A stretch of DNA of 64,000 nt from Syntrophomonadaceae bacterium (GTDB taxonomy: Bacteria > Bacillota > Dethiobacteria > DTU022 > UBA8154): assembly GCA_007135125.1 (NCBI GenBank), contig SLJK01000032.1, positions 16,237-80,236 of the forward strand, in the 5' to 3' direction. Shown one piece after another: positions 36,444 through 45,857 of this stretch. The notes beneath the pieces were generated by a model that searched no databases, was not told the origin of the DNA, and saw only the letters and a list, made by a program, of their open reading frames with translations. How positions within the stretch are numbered: the first letter of the stretch is position 1; each line of letters opens with the position of its first letter. The position numbers were made by a program, and so were the translations under genes.

Positions 36444-38264
36444 GTGCCTAAATATTTCAAAATTATCTTTTTATTACTGGTTTTTATAATTGCGTTGGCA
36501 GTTTTTTGCTTATTACTTTTCTCTCCTGAGTTTTTGAAAAAAACTTTTTTTGAAGGACAGCCGCAAACATACACCGAAGAGGATATTGATAAAAGGCGTT
36601 ACCCCGAGTCCTCTGAAATAGTGCAGGAGCTATTTAAGCTGGAAAAACTTCTCGAAAAACCTATTCCCGAAAACGAAGAAAGCCTGCTTGCTTTTGCAGA
36701 TCGGGAAGATGCTATCGGTTACACTGCAGCACTGGCGTTGGCCCGTTTTTATGCTGAGGACGGGCGGGATGCCAGGCCACTTTTCCTAAAAGCCCTTAAT
36801 CTGTACAAGACTACCAATGTAGAAAAAGAATTGGCTGCCTATCTTAAAGAAATGGGTTATGAGGAAGAGGCCAGGGCAAAATATTATCAACTGCTGCCTG
36901 ATAGTGATGCTAAGGACAATCTGCTTAAACTTGGCGTTACTCCTTTAGATATTAGCTACTCACTATATGATGGTGCGCATTTTAGGGAACTGGCAAGCTT
37001 TTTGGAGCCTTATCTGGACGATTTTGAGATTGAAGAACTGCGTTATTTGCTTGCAGCTGCTCTTGTCAATACAGGAGAATATGCAAAAGCGCTCCCCCTA
37101 TTAGAAGATTTAATGCAGGCAGATGCATTGTTTCTGGAGACAGACAATGAAGCAGATAGGCGCAGTATCGAATGGTATTATGCTCGCACTCTGGAAGCGG
37201 TAGGGGAAACTGCAAAGGCACTTTCCTTGTATGAAGAAATTGGCCGGGAAGGCAGCTACCGTAAGGGAATAATCTATAATGCTAGAGATAATAAAGCGGA
37301 TGCAGCGGAAGCTTTTAGTACTTCTCCAGAACAAGCGGGACGGTGGTGGGGCGCAAGGTTGTGGGAAGAATTGGGGCAAACTCAACAGGCACTCCCTATT
37401 TACATGCAGCTGGCCCGCGAAGAAGGTTATGTGCAAGATGATGCTGCTTATAGGGCTTATCTGCTTCTTTCCAGGGACGAAGACCCCCGGGCCGATGAGT
37501 TTTTAGAATATCTTGCTGCAGAGCCGGCATGGCTGACCAGATTAGGTAAAGAGCCCCTTTGGGAGACAAAGGAACCTTTGCCACCGGTAAATCCTTCTTT
37601 TATTAGTAGAGCAGAAGCATACCGGGAACATGGAAGAGACGAAATGGCTGCTTTGGAATTGGCTATTGGGGAAGCACTTGCTTCACCGAAAGAGTTTCTG
37701 GCTCTTGGAAATTGGCATCTGCAGCAGGAAAATTATTTTAAAGCGGTGAGATTAGGAATAGAGTTATTAGAGGAGCATCCCTGCCCTGAGAGTTATCGGC
37801 TCGCTTTCCCCAGACCTTATAAGGAAGAGGTGGAAAAAGCAGCGGAAGAATACCGACTTGCTCCCCATCTTATTTGGGCGGTAATGCGTGAAGAAAGCCA
37901 TTTTCGGCCTGCCGTAATTTCGCCGGCAGATGCAAGAGGTTTAATGCAGGTGATGCCTTCCACTGGTCAGGATATTGCCGAGCGTGAGGGAATGGAAATA
38001 AGCTTGACAGACCTTTTTGATCCGGAACTGAACATCAAGTTCGGGGCTTGGTACCTTCGTGCTATGCTGGACAGTTTCGATGAAGACTATGATAGAGCTT
38101 TAGCGGCTTATAATGCCGGGCCCAGTAATGTACGGCGGTGGGGCAGTAGTCCTTTGGGGGAGGAGGATGGCGGTTTTCCTACAGCTATAACTTATAGAGA
38201 AACGAGGCAGTATGTTACCAGGGTAATGAATACTTTCCTGACCTACGACTGGCTTTATAATTGA
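36444..38264 (+). CDS. lytic transglycosylase (SLT domain) with N-terminal TPR-like repeats, membrane-anchored
   Basis: C-terminal …ESHFRPAVISPADARGLMQVMPSTG…AYNAGPSNVRRW is the SLT family-1 catalytic Glu context. N-terminal TM. Confidence 0.8.
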   Translation: MPKYFKIIFLLLVFIIALAVFCLLLFSPEFLKKTFFEGQPQTYTEEDIDKRRYPESSEIVQELFKLEKLLEKPIPENEESLLAFADREDAIGYTAALALARFYAEDGRDARPLFLKALNLYKTTNVEKELAAYLKEMGYEEEARAKYYQLLPDSDAKDNLLKLGVTPLDISYSLYDGAHFRELASFLEPYLDDFEIEELRYLLAAALVNTGEYAKALPLLEDLMQADALFLETDNEADRRSIEWYYARTLEAVGETAKALSLYEEIGREGSYRKGIIYNARDNKADAAEAFSTSPEQAGRWWGARLWEELGQTQQALPIYMQLAREEGYVQDDAAYRAYLLLSRDEDPRADEFLEYLAAEPAWLTRLGKEPLWETKEPLPPVNPSFISRAEAYREHGRDEMAALELAIGEALASPKEFLALGNWHLQQENYFKAVRLGIELLEEHPCPESYRLAFPRPYKEEVEKAAEEYRLAPHLIWAVMREESHFRPAVISPADARGLMQVMPSTGQDIAEREGMEISLTDLFDPELNIKFGAWYLRAMLDSFDEDYDRALAAYNAGPSNVRRWGSSPLGEEDGGFPTAITYRETRQYVTRVMNTFLTYDWLYN

Positions 38265-38833
38265 GGGTTTTTTATCTTTTGAAGTTCTTTGGCGGCAATC
38301 TCCTTTGCCAGATCCGTAAAAAACCAATGCTTGATAAATTGTTGCAGCATTTTCCGGTATTCTACCCGCTCTATTGCGAAACGTTCAGCATCAATGGAAA
38401 AGCCTTCTGGAGAAAAACGGAAAAGCTTGTCGGCATCTTTAACGATTTTCTCCTCCAGGGAGATTGCCTTTTCGCTGGAATCATGGCTTTCGATAATCCG
38501 GCATATTTCCAATCTGTTCTCTTCTTTTACAGAGGTTTGTTTCAATAGCCTGGCGGCAATTTTTGCACCTTCCACTTCGTGAATACGCCGGATATTTTCA
38601 TCAATTTTTCTTGGTCCGAACGCTAACAAGTGTTGTTCTGTGGGAACGGCACTCCAGCCCACATCGTGCAGGATGATAGCAGGCATAACAATTTCTGGAT
38701 CTCCGCCCAGTTTTTCCAATAATTGCTGGGCAAAATTATAGCAGATTTCTGTATGCACCTGGTTGTGCCTGACAGTTAAATAAGGTTTTGCCAGCTCGAA
38801 GAGTTCATTCCATTTATCATCATCATAGGACAT
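38255..38833 (-). CDS. HD-domain metal-dependent phosphohydrolase
   Basis: …ILHDVGW… (HD motif) with additional H…D residues. It follows the CoA ligase gene 18 nt downstream and is likely co-transcribed. Confidence 0.7.
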   Translation of the reverse strand: MSYDDDKWNELFELAKPYLTVRHNQVHTEICYNFAQQLLEKLGGDPEIVMPAIILHDVGWSAVPTEQHLLAFGPRKIDENIRRIHEVEGAKIAARLLKQTSVKEENRLEICRIIESHDSSEKAISLEEKIVKDADKLFRFSPEGFSIDAERFAIERVEYRKMLQQFIKHWFFTDLAKEIAAKELQKIKNPQL

Positions 38834-38850
38834 AGTTTTTCTCCTTTATT

Positions 38851-40431
38851 TCATAAGGAGCGGAGCTTGAAGCGCTGTATTTTGCCGGTGGTGCTTTTCG
38901 GCAATTCGGCAGCTATTTCGATCCAACGTGGATACTTGTACTTGGCCAGCCTTTCCAGAACCCAGTTTTTTAGCTCCTCCTCCAGATTTTCCACCCTCTC
39001 ATGACTTTCGCGGAGTACTACAAAGGCTTTCGGCTTTATCAGGTTGTTTTCGTCAGCTTGCCCTATTACAGCAGACTCAAAGACAGCTGGGTGACTGTTA
39101 AGGCAATTTTCAATTTCCACCGGAGATACCCAAATCCCGCCGACTTTTAACATATCGTCAGACCTTCCTGCACACCAGTAGTATCCATCTTCATCCACGT
39201 AAAATTTGTCTCCCGTATTTATCCATTCCCCCTGCATGGTTATGCGTGTTTTTTCGCGTTTACGCCAGTATTGCTGAGCTGCGCTGTCACCTTTAACCAG
39301 CAGTGTCCCTATTTCACCCTGGGGCACTTCGTCTCCCTGGTCATCTACCAACTTCAATTCATATCCCGGAACCGGTTTGCCGGTGGAACCTGGTTTTATT
39401 TCGCCGGGACGGTTGGAGAGGAAGATATGAAGCATTTCACTCGACCCCATGCCGTCTAAAATATCTATCCCAAAACGTTTTTTCCAGCGGTGGTAGAGAT
39501 CCTCCGGCAGCGCTTCCCCTGCTGATACACATATTCTTACAGAAGATAATTCGTGGTTTCCGTTAGGGTCAGGGGTTGTTCCTGTTTCCTGATCTTGATG
39601 TTCTTTATACTTCAACATCTGCCCATAAAGGGTGGGAACACCGAAAAACACCGTGGGGCGGTAATATTCCAGGTTTTTGAAAACATTTTCCGGTGAAGGG
39701 GGACGAGAGTCCAGGACGGCGGAAGCTCCTACAGAGAGAGGGAAGTACATACCATTTCCCAAACCGTAGGCAAAAAACAGCCTGGCCGGGGAATAGCAGA
39801 TATCTTCTTCAGTCAATTCCAGCACCTCTTTTGCATAATTATTAGAGGTAACGACCATGTCATACTGGGAATGAATGGCTCCTTTTGGAGGTCCTGTAGA
39901 ACCTGAGCTGTAAAGCCAGAAACCTACATCATCTTTAGTTGTGCGTGCGGTTTTGAGCATGGTAGGGGCCTGCCTGTACTTTTGCTTGAAAGGAATATGA
40001 GCCCCATTAATCTCCGAGATGACTATTAGATCACGCAAATAATATAATTCTCCCTTAATGTTTTGTACAACGGGCTGCATTTCATCAGAAATTACGAGTG
40101 CTCGCACACGGCTGTCGTTAAGATAATATTCGTAATCTTCAGGGGTGAGCATGGTGTTAACCGGTATGGGCACCGCCCCAATTTTAATAGCCCCCCAAAA
40201 TACTGCGTAAAATTGTGGAACATCCAGCATGATAATAAGTATTTTGTCGTCGATTCTCAGGCCGAGTTCCCTAAATCCATTGGCAGTCTTATTTGCCATT
40301 TTGTGGATATCATTATAAGAATAATTGCGGTGTGCCGTATAAACGGCGACTTTATGTCCCCGACCCTGCCTGATGTTACGATCCAAAAAATAGTCAGCGG
40401 CATTAAAAAATTCCTGTTCTACCCCATGCAC
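38851..40431 (-). CDS. aromatic acid-CoA ligase of the benzoate/4-hydroxybenzoate-CoA ligase (BadA/HbaA/BclA) family
   Basis: Block-by-block match recalled from BadA: FWLYSSGSTGPPKG, RLFFAYGLGNGMYFP, SSEMLHIFLSN, DMLKVGGIWVSP, LAKYKYPRWIEIAAELPKSTTGKIQRFKLR. Confidence 0.85.
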   Translation of the reverse strand: MHGVEQEFFNAADYFLDRNIRQGRGHKVAVYTAHRNYSYNDIHKMANKTANGFRELGLRIDDKILIIMLDVPQFYAVFWGAIKIGAVPIPVNTMLTPEDYEYYLNDSRVRALVISDEMQPVVQNIKGELYYLRDLIVISEINGAHIPFKQKYRQAPTMLKTARTTKDDVGFWLYSSGSTGPPKGAIHSQYDMVVTSNNYAKEVLELTEEDICYSPARLFFAYGLGNGMYFPLSVGASAVLDSRPPSPENVFKNLEYYRPTVFFGVPTLYGQMLKYKEHQDQETGTTPDPNGNHELSSVRICVSAGEALPEDLYHRWKKRFGIDILDGMGSSEMLHIFLSNRPGEIKPGSTGKPVPGYELKLVDDQGDEVPQGEIGTLLVKGDSAAQQYWRKREKTRITMQGEWINTGDKFYVDEDGYYWCAGRSDDMLKVGGIWVSPVEIENCLNSHPAVFESAVIGQADENNLIKPKAFVVLRESHERVENLEEELKNWVLERLAKYKYPRWIEIAAELPKSTTGKIQRFKLRSL

Positions 40432-40530
40432 GGTTTAAACGCCTCCTCTTTGCGCCAAGAGAGAATATTTAGAAACTTCTGTTTGATAAAAAAGCGACTC
40501 TCCATCTAAAAGAGCCGCCTGCCTTAATGG

Positions 40531-40605
40531 TGGTACGCCCGCAGGGATTCGAACCCCGACTTCAGGCTCCGGAGGCCTGCGTGATATCCCTTTCACCACG
40601 GGCGC
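40531..40605 (-). tRNA. tRNA-Arg (anticodon CCG), CCA encoded
   Basis: 75-nt cloverleaf on the minus strand: acceptor GCGCCCG, anticodon loop CTCCGGA, T-loop TTCGAAT. Confidence 0.8.
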
Positions 40606-40616
40606 AGGGTATTTTT

Positions 40617-40645
40617 ATGATATCATCGACTTCGAAAAAAGTCAA
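40617..40645 (-). promoter_or_regulatory. sigma-A promoter for tRNA-Arg(CCG)
   Basis: Minus strand reads TTGACT, a 17-nt spacer, then TATCAT, about 10 nt upstream of the tRNA. Confidence 0.35.
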
Positions 40646-40820
40646 ACTTACGAGTTAGGGAGACAGAGTAATAAGCAAAGAAGAGCAAGATGGAGAAGGT
40701 TCGAAGATTGCTTGGCAGGGTAAGGTGATACCGTGAAAAAATATTCCATCCCCGGGCAGGAGATCCGTATTTTCACATGGAACTATTGATAATCGCCAAA
40801 AAGAAGGGAAGGCATCTTAT

Positions 40821-42116
40821 TTGTTATTTCCAGAAAGCAAAACGGTACCGATTAATATTAATACGCATATTTTGCCAACTACCAAGTTCAAGACCATTAT
40901 TATAACCGTATTTATCCAGCAAATATTGGATAAAGAGCTTGCTGCCAGAACAGCTCTTATACCGGCGGTGCTGGAAAGGGGGACCAGTGGTTGCCCAACT
41001 TACCGTGACTTGAGAAAGCGTTTGGAAGAATTGTACGGAGCTGAGCTTACCGCAGATGTTTCTAAAAAGGGCGAAAAACATGTTCTGACCTTTTCCCTGG
41101 AGGTTATTAATGACAAGTTTGTGCCGGGGGAAAAGCTGTTGCGCCGGGGATTGGAATTGTTAAAAGATGTTCTTGCTGATCCGCTGCTGGAAAATGGGAC
41201 TTTTAAAAGCAGCTATGTTGAACAGGAAAAGCGACAACTGGAAAAAGAGATCAACAGTTTGATCAATGACAAAATCAGTTATGCTTTAGAGCGCTGTATC
41301 CAGAACATGTGTTACAGTGAGAGGTTTGGGGTTTTTAAATATGGCGCTGTATCTGATTTAGAAAAGATTACACCGGAGACACTTTATCAGTACTATGTCA
41401 ATCTACTTGCTGAAAATCCTATCGATATTGTCATAGTGGGGGAGGTAGAACCAGAAAAAACTTACTCACTGGTTGAAGATATTTTTTCTTTTTCAAGGTC
41501 TTCCCGGTTAAAAGAGATACCCCCTGCAGAGGCAAAGAACGTTCCGGCAGAAATTCGCTATTTTCAGGAAAAGCTTCCGGTAAACCAGGGCAAGCTTAAC
41601 TTGGGCTATCGTACTAACTTTGCTTATAGCGACGATGAATATCTGGCCCTCTTGTTTTACAACGGTATTTTGGGAGGGTTTCCCCATTCAAAGCTGTTTC
41701 AAAATGTCAGGGAAAAAGCCAGCCTGGCTTATTATGTCTTTTCCCGTTTGGAAAAGCACAAGGGTATTCAGCTGATTGGTTCTGGCATAGATGTTGAAAA
41801 TTATGAACTAGCCTTGGAGATTATTGAAAAACAGGTGGAGCTTGTTAGGCATGGAGAGATTTCCCAAGAAGAGATGGAGAATACCAGAATAGGCCTTATT
41901 AACCAGTATAAAACAATAGGTGACAGTCCATATAATTTGGTGAATTTTTTCCTGGATGGTTTGGTAGGTGAAAGTGCAAAAGGGCTGGAATATTACATAG
42001 AGGGCTTGCAAAGTGTAAAGAAAGATGATGTAGTAGAAATAGCCCAAAAAGTATATCTGGATACCGTTTATTTTTTGCGCTCTCCGGATGGCGAAGAAAG
42101 GGGCGAAACAGTATAA
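40821..42116 (+). CDS. M16-family peptidase-like protein, non-catalytic subunit (no HxxEH)
   Basis: 431 aa with an M16 fold but lacking the zinc motif. Stop overlaps the start of the next M16 gene (TAAATG). The start (TTG 40821) is uncertain. Confidence 0.65.
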   Translation: MLFPESKTVPININTHILPTTKFKTIIITVFIQQILDKELAARTALIPAVLERGTSGCPTYRDLRKRLEELYGAELTADVSKKGEKHVLTFSLEVINDKFVPGEKLLRRGLELLKDVLADPLLENGTFKSSYVEQEKRQLEKEINSLINDKISYALERCIQNMCYSERFGVFKYGAVSDLEKITPETLYQYYVNLLAENPIDIVIVGEVEPEKTYSLVEDIFSFSRSSRLKEIPPAEAKNVPAEIRYFQEKLPVNQGKLNLGYRTNFAYSDDEYLALLFYNGILGGFPHSKLFQNVREKASLAYYVFSRLEKHKGIQLIGSGIDVENYELALEIIEKQVELVRHGEISQEEMENTRIGLINQYKTIGDSPYNLVNFFLDGLVGESAKGLEYYIEGLQSVKKDDVVEIAQKVYLDTVYFLRSPDGEERGETV

Positions 42117-43415
42117 ATGCAGTTTAAGGTTAAGGAAAATAAAGGCCTGGGGGAAAAAGTATATCATACCGTTCTAAATTCCGGGCTATCTCTCTTTGTA
42201 TTACCCAAGCAGAGTTTTAGTAAAAAATACGCCATTTTTTCTACCAGATTTGGTTCAATTGATAACAGTTTTTCCCTAGAAGGAAACGGTGAAAAACATT
42301 TGAAGGTGCCTGATGGTGTGGCTCATTTCCTGGAACACAAGCTTTTTGACCAGGAGGATGGCAACGCTTTTGATCATTTTGCTGCTTACGGAGGTTCTCC
42401 TAACGCTTATACCAGTTTTACGCAGACCACATATCTTTTTTCCTGTACAGACTTTTTCCCGGAAAACTTTAACTTGCTGCTGGATTTTGTGCAAAGCCCT
42501 TATTTTACTGAAGAAAGTGTGGCAAAAGAACAGGGAATCATTCAGCAGGAGATACGTATGTACCAGGATAATCCAGACTGGCGTGTTTTTTTCAATCTTT
42601 TAGAGTCTCTTTACAGTGAACATCCTGTCCGTAACGATATAGCCGGAAGCGTGGAAAGCATTAGTTTTATAACCAAGGATATTTTATATACCTGTTACAA
42701 CACTTTCTATCATCCTTCCAACATGGCAATTTTTGTAACAGGTGACCTTTCTCCGCAGGAGGTTCTGGCACTTGTGGAGAGGAACATGGCTGGAAAGAGC
42801 TTTTCTCAGCCTGAGAACATACAAAGAGATTATCCCATGGAACAACCGGAAGTCCAACGTAAAGAAGTCTCCCAGGAGCTTTCCGTTTCTCAACCTATTA
42901 TCAATATCGGGTTTAAGGATACATATAATTACCTGGACGGTAAAGAGCTTCTCTTCCGCGATTTGGCCTGTGAGCTGATGCTGGAATTGATCTTTGGGAA
43001 AAGTGAGTCATTTTATAACCGCCTTTACGATGAGGAAATTATTGATGATCTTTTCTCTGCTGATTATATAGCTGAGTGTACTTATGGTTATACTCTCATA
43101 AGTGCCAGGACAAATGATCCTGACAGGCTTCACCATGAAGTTCTAATGGAGATAGAGCAGGTTAGAAAAAGGGGATTAAATGAGGAAGATTTTAACAGGC
43201 ATAAACGTAAGTTAAGAGGAGAGCTACTGCGAAGCTTTAATTCTTTAGAATTTATCGCAAATAATTATCTAGCTTATAAATTCCGAGGAATAGAGTTTTT
43301 TGATATTGTTGATCTCCTCCAAGATATCACCCTTGAGGATCTGGAAAAAATGTTGGCCGAACATTTACAAGAGAAATACCATGCTATATCTGTTATCAAA
43401 CCATATTCCGGTTAA
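42117..43415 (+). CDS. M16-family zinc peptidase (insulinase-like), catalytic subunit
   Basis: HFLEH (HxxEH zinc motif) at the N-terminus, 432 aa. Forms a YmfF/YmfH-like pair with the preceding gene. Confidence 0.8.
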   Translation: MQFKVKENKGLGEKVYHTVLNSGLSLFVLPKQSFSKKYAIFSTRFGSIDNSFSLEGNGEKHLKVPDGVAHFLEHKLFDQEDGNAFDHFAAYGGSPNAYTSFTQTTYLFSCTDFFPENFNLLLDFVQSPYFTEESVAKEQGIIQQEIRMYQDNPDWRVFFNLLESLYSEHPVRNDIAGSVESISFITKDILYTCYNTFYHPSNMAIFVTGDLSPQEVLALVERNMAGKSFSQPENIQRDYPMEQPEVQRKEVSQELSVSQPIINIGFKDTYNYLDGKELLFRDLACELMLELIFGKSESFYNRLYDEEIIDDLFSADYIAECTYGYTLISARTNDPDRLHHEVLMEIEQVRKRGLNEEDFNRHKRKLRGELLRSFNSLEFIANNYLAYKFRGIEFFDIVDLLQDITLEDLEKMLAEHLQEKYHAISVIKPYSG

Positions 43416-43528
43416 AAAGTATACAAGGCACTGAAAATGCTGTATTTACAAGGTAAGCAATGTTTGCAGGGTATTAATTATTAAAGTCCAAACACTTCGT
43501 TGTACTTTGTAGGAGGAGGATGCTTTAG

Positions 43529-44383
43529 ATGAGAAAAGTTGGCATTATAACGGACAGCGCTGCGGATTTGCCACCTGAGGTTTTGCAAGAGCAGAAGATC
43601 AAGGAAATTCCTTTGAAAATTACCTTTGGAAGGGAAATTTTTCGAGACGGCATTGACCTATCTCCCGCTGAATTTTACAATAAAATGGAAGAATCAACAG
43701 AAATGCCTACTATCTCCTCTCCCAGTGCCAGGGAATTTTTGGAGGCCTTTGAACGTTTGAAGGAGGAAGGATACGATGGGGCTGTTTGTATAATTGCCAG
43801 TAATAATATCGTCAAGGTTTTTAATGCGGCCTGTGAGGCTAGAGATCTGGCCCTTCCCTTTCCTGTTATGGTTGTAGAAAGTCATGCCGCCACAATGAAC
43901 CAGGGCTTCCTGGTATTGGAAGCTGCACGAGCTGCAGACCAGGGATTTGCTATCGGAGAAATTGTAGAACGCCTGTGGCAAATTCGTCCGCACATCCGCT
44001 TCTGGGGAGTGGTTAGTGTTTTGCATTTTATGGTTCGAGCTTGTAAGATAAGCAAGGGTTCTGCTTTTATGCGAGCTTTATTCAACGTTAAACCGATCAT
44101 TACCATTGATGAGGAAGGGGCAGTTGATTCGGTGGACAAGGTGAGGTCTTTCCAGCAGGGGATGGCATATCTGCTGCGCGAGATAGAAAAGGAAACGTCA
44201 CGTGATGGCAAGCTTCACGTGGCAGTTTTACATGCGGGCGAAAAAGAAAAAGCCGAAAGCCTGCTGGAAGAGATCTCCAGCAGGCATGACTGTTTTGAAA
44301 AATATTTGTGTGATCTTACGCCAGCTATCGGTAGCTTTACTGGGCCCGGGGTCGCCGGGGTAAGCTATTATATTGAAAAGTAA
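43529..44383 (+). CDS. DegV-family fatty-acid-binding protein
   Basis: MRKVGIITDSAADLP…, …ISSPSA…, …SGS… is the DegV/EDD fold signature. Confidence 0.85.
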   Translation: MRKVGIITDSAADLPPEVLQEQKIKEIPLKITFGREIFRDGIDLSPAEFYNKMEESTEMPTISSPSAREFLEAFERLKEEGYDGAVCIIASNNIVKVFNAACEARDLALPFPVMVVESHAATMNQGFLVLEAARAADQGFAIGEIVERLWQIRPHIRFWGVVSVLHFMVRACKISKGSAFMRALFNVKPIITIDEEGAVDSVDKVRSFQQGMAYLLREIEKETSRDGKLHVAVLHAGEKEKAESLLEEISSRHDCFEKYLCDLTPAIGSFTGPGVAGVSYYIEK

Positions 44384-44399
44384 ATATGGAGCTGAGACG

Positions 44400-45794
44400 A
44401 TGAACTTAGATGCCAATCTGTTTTCAGTAGATGAAACTCTTGAATTAAGGAGAAAAGAAGTTGTAGGGCTATATAAAAAATATGTACATCATGGTAGAGC
44501 TTCTTCACAGGCGCTGCTTAATTTGGATACTAATTTTGTAAAAGCTGAAGACTGTATAGTTTGGGACGAGGATGGACGTGAGTACCTGGATTTTGTGGGA
44601 GGTTATGGTTCCTTAAATCTGGGGCACAATCACCCTGCAGTTTTAGGAGCTTTACGCAAAGTCGAAGACGCGCCTGTGATGATGCAGTCTGCTCTCTCCA
44701 AGTTTGCCGCAGTGCTTGCTCATAATCTCGCCCAGATCACACCTGGGGCCTTGCAGAATTGTTGGTTTTGCAGTACCGGAACAGAGGCAGTTGAAGGTGC
44801 TCTTAAGTTGGCCCGCCTTTATACGGGTAAAAAAAACATTATATACTGCCAGGGAGGTTTTCATGGCAAAACCCTGGGCTCTCTTTCCGTAACGGGTAAG
44901 AAAAACTACCAGCAGCCTTTTGAACCTCTGGTTCCTGGCTGCATTTCTATTCCATTTGGGGATCACGAAGTCCTTGAAAAGGTCTTACAAGAACATGAAG
45001 CTGCAGCTTTTATCGTGGAACCTATTCTTGGTGAAGGCGGTATTATTCTTCCTCCTGACGGATATTTGAAAGAGGTGCGGCGGTTATGCAGCAGGTATGA
45101 AACTCTTTTTATTCTGGATGAGATCCAAACCGGATTGGGCCGCACGGGGACACTTTTTGCCTGTGAGCATGATGAGATTGTTCCTGATGTTATGGTCTTA
45201 TCTAAGTCGCTGGGTGGTGGGGTTGTCCCCATTGGGGCTTATATTACCACAGCCCCCATCATGAAGAATGCTTATGGCAGCAGCATAGAAAAAATTACTA
45301 TGCTGACCAGCACTTTCGGCGGTAACACTCGCAGTACAGCTGCGGCCATTGCAGCCGTAGAAACTATTGTCAGAGAAAAACTCCCGCAACAGGCTGCCGA
45401 AAAAGGTTCCTACTTTTTGAATAAATTACAGGGCTTACAGGAGAAGTATGATATTATAAAAGAAGTAAGAGGCAGGGGACTTTTAATTGGGTTAGAGTTG
45501 GCCCAGGAAGGGGGTTTGCTGGATTATCTTTCTGCAGGCTCTCTTAAAAAGCTTTCCAGCGAATATCTTTCATCGATGGTTGGAGCAGAACTGCAGGCAA
45601 AGTATGGAATAATAACCTTGTTTACTACCAATAACCCTAACGTGCTCAGGTTGGAACCACCCTTAACAGTTACTTATGAACAGTTAGATCAAGCAGTAGA
45701 TGCTTTTGACAAACTTTTTTCCAGGTATAAAAGTTTCCTAAAAATTGCATTTAGAAGCAGTAGAAGTGCAATCTCTTCTTTTTTCCGGAAGTAA
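44400..45794 (+). CDS. class-III PLP aminotransferase (acetylornithine/GABA/omega-aminotransferase family)
   Basis: …STGTEAVEGALKLAR…, …FILDEIQTGLGRTGTLFACEH… (Lys in …VLSKSLGGG). ATG 44400 with GGAG RBS preferred over the track start 44373. Confidence 0.8.
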   Translation: MNLDANLFSVDETLELRRKEVVGLYKKYVHHGRASSQALLNLDTNFVKAEDCIVWDEDGREYLDFVGGYGSLNLGHNHPAVLGALRKVEDAPVMMQSALSKFAAVLAHNLAQITPGALQNCWFCSTGTEAVEGALKLARLYTGKKNIIYCQGGFHGKTLGSLSVTGKKNYQQPFEPLVPGCISIPFGDHEVLEKVLQEHEAAAFIVEPILGEGGIILPPDGYLKEVRRLCSRYETLFILDEIQTGLGRTGTLFACEHDEIVPDVMVLSKSLGGGVVPIGAYITTAPIMKNAYGSSIEKITMLTSTFGGNTRSTAAAIAAVETIVREKLPQQAAEKGSYFLNKLQGLQEKYDIIKEVRGRGLLIGLELAQEGGLLDYLSAGSLKKLSSEYLSSMVGAELQAKYGIITLFTTNNPNVLRLEPPLTVTYEQLDQAVDAFDKLFSRYKSFLKIAFRSSRSAISSFFRK

Positions 45795-45857
45795 CTCAAG
45801 CGGATTTTCCGTTGTTTTCTTCCCCTGGCATAACTTAGGAAAGGGGTTAATACAATA

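Noticed and set aside
44373-44399. Upstream ATG 44373 as start of the class-III aminotransferase
   Set aside because: It has no RBS and overlaps the DegV 3' end. ATG 44400 has GGAG at the right spacing and gives a normal N-terminus.
45795-45857. T-box leader upstream of proS
   Set aside because: The intergenic region is only about 60 nt, with no specifier or antiterminator structure. Expression probably reads through from the upstream aminotransferase gene.
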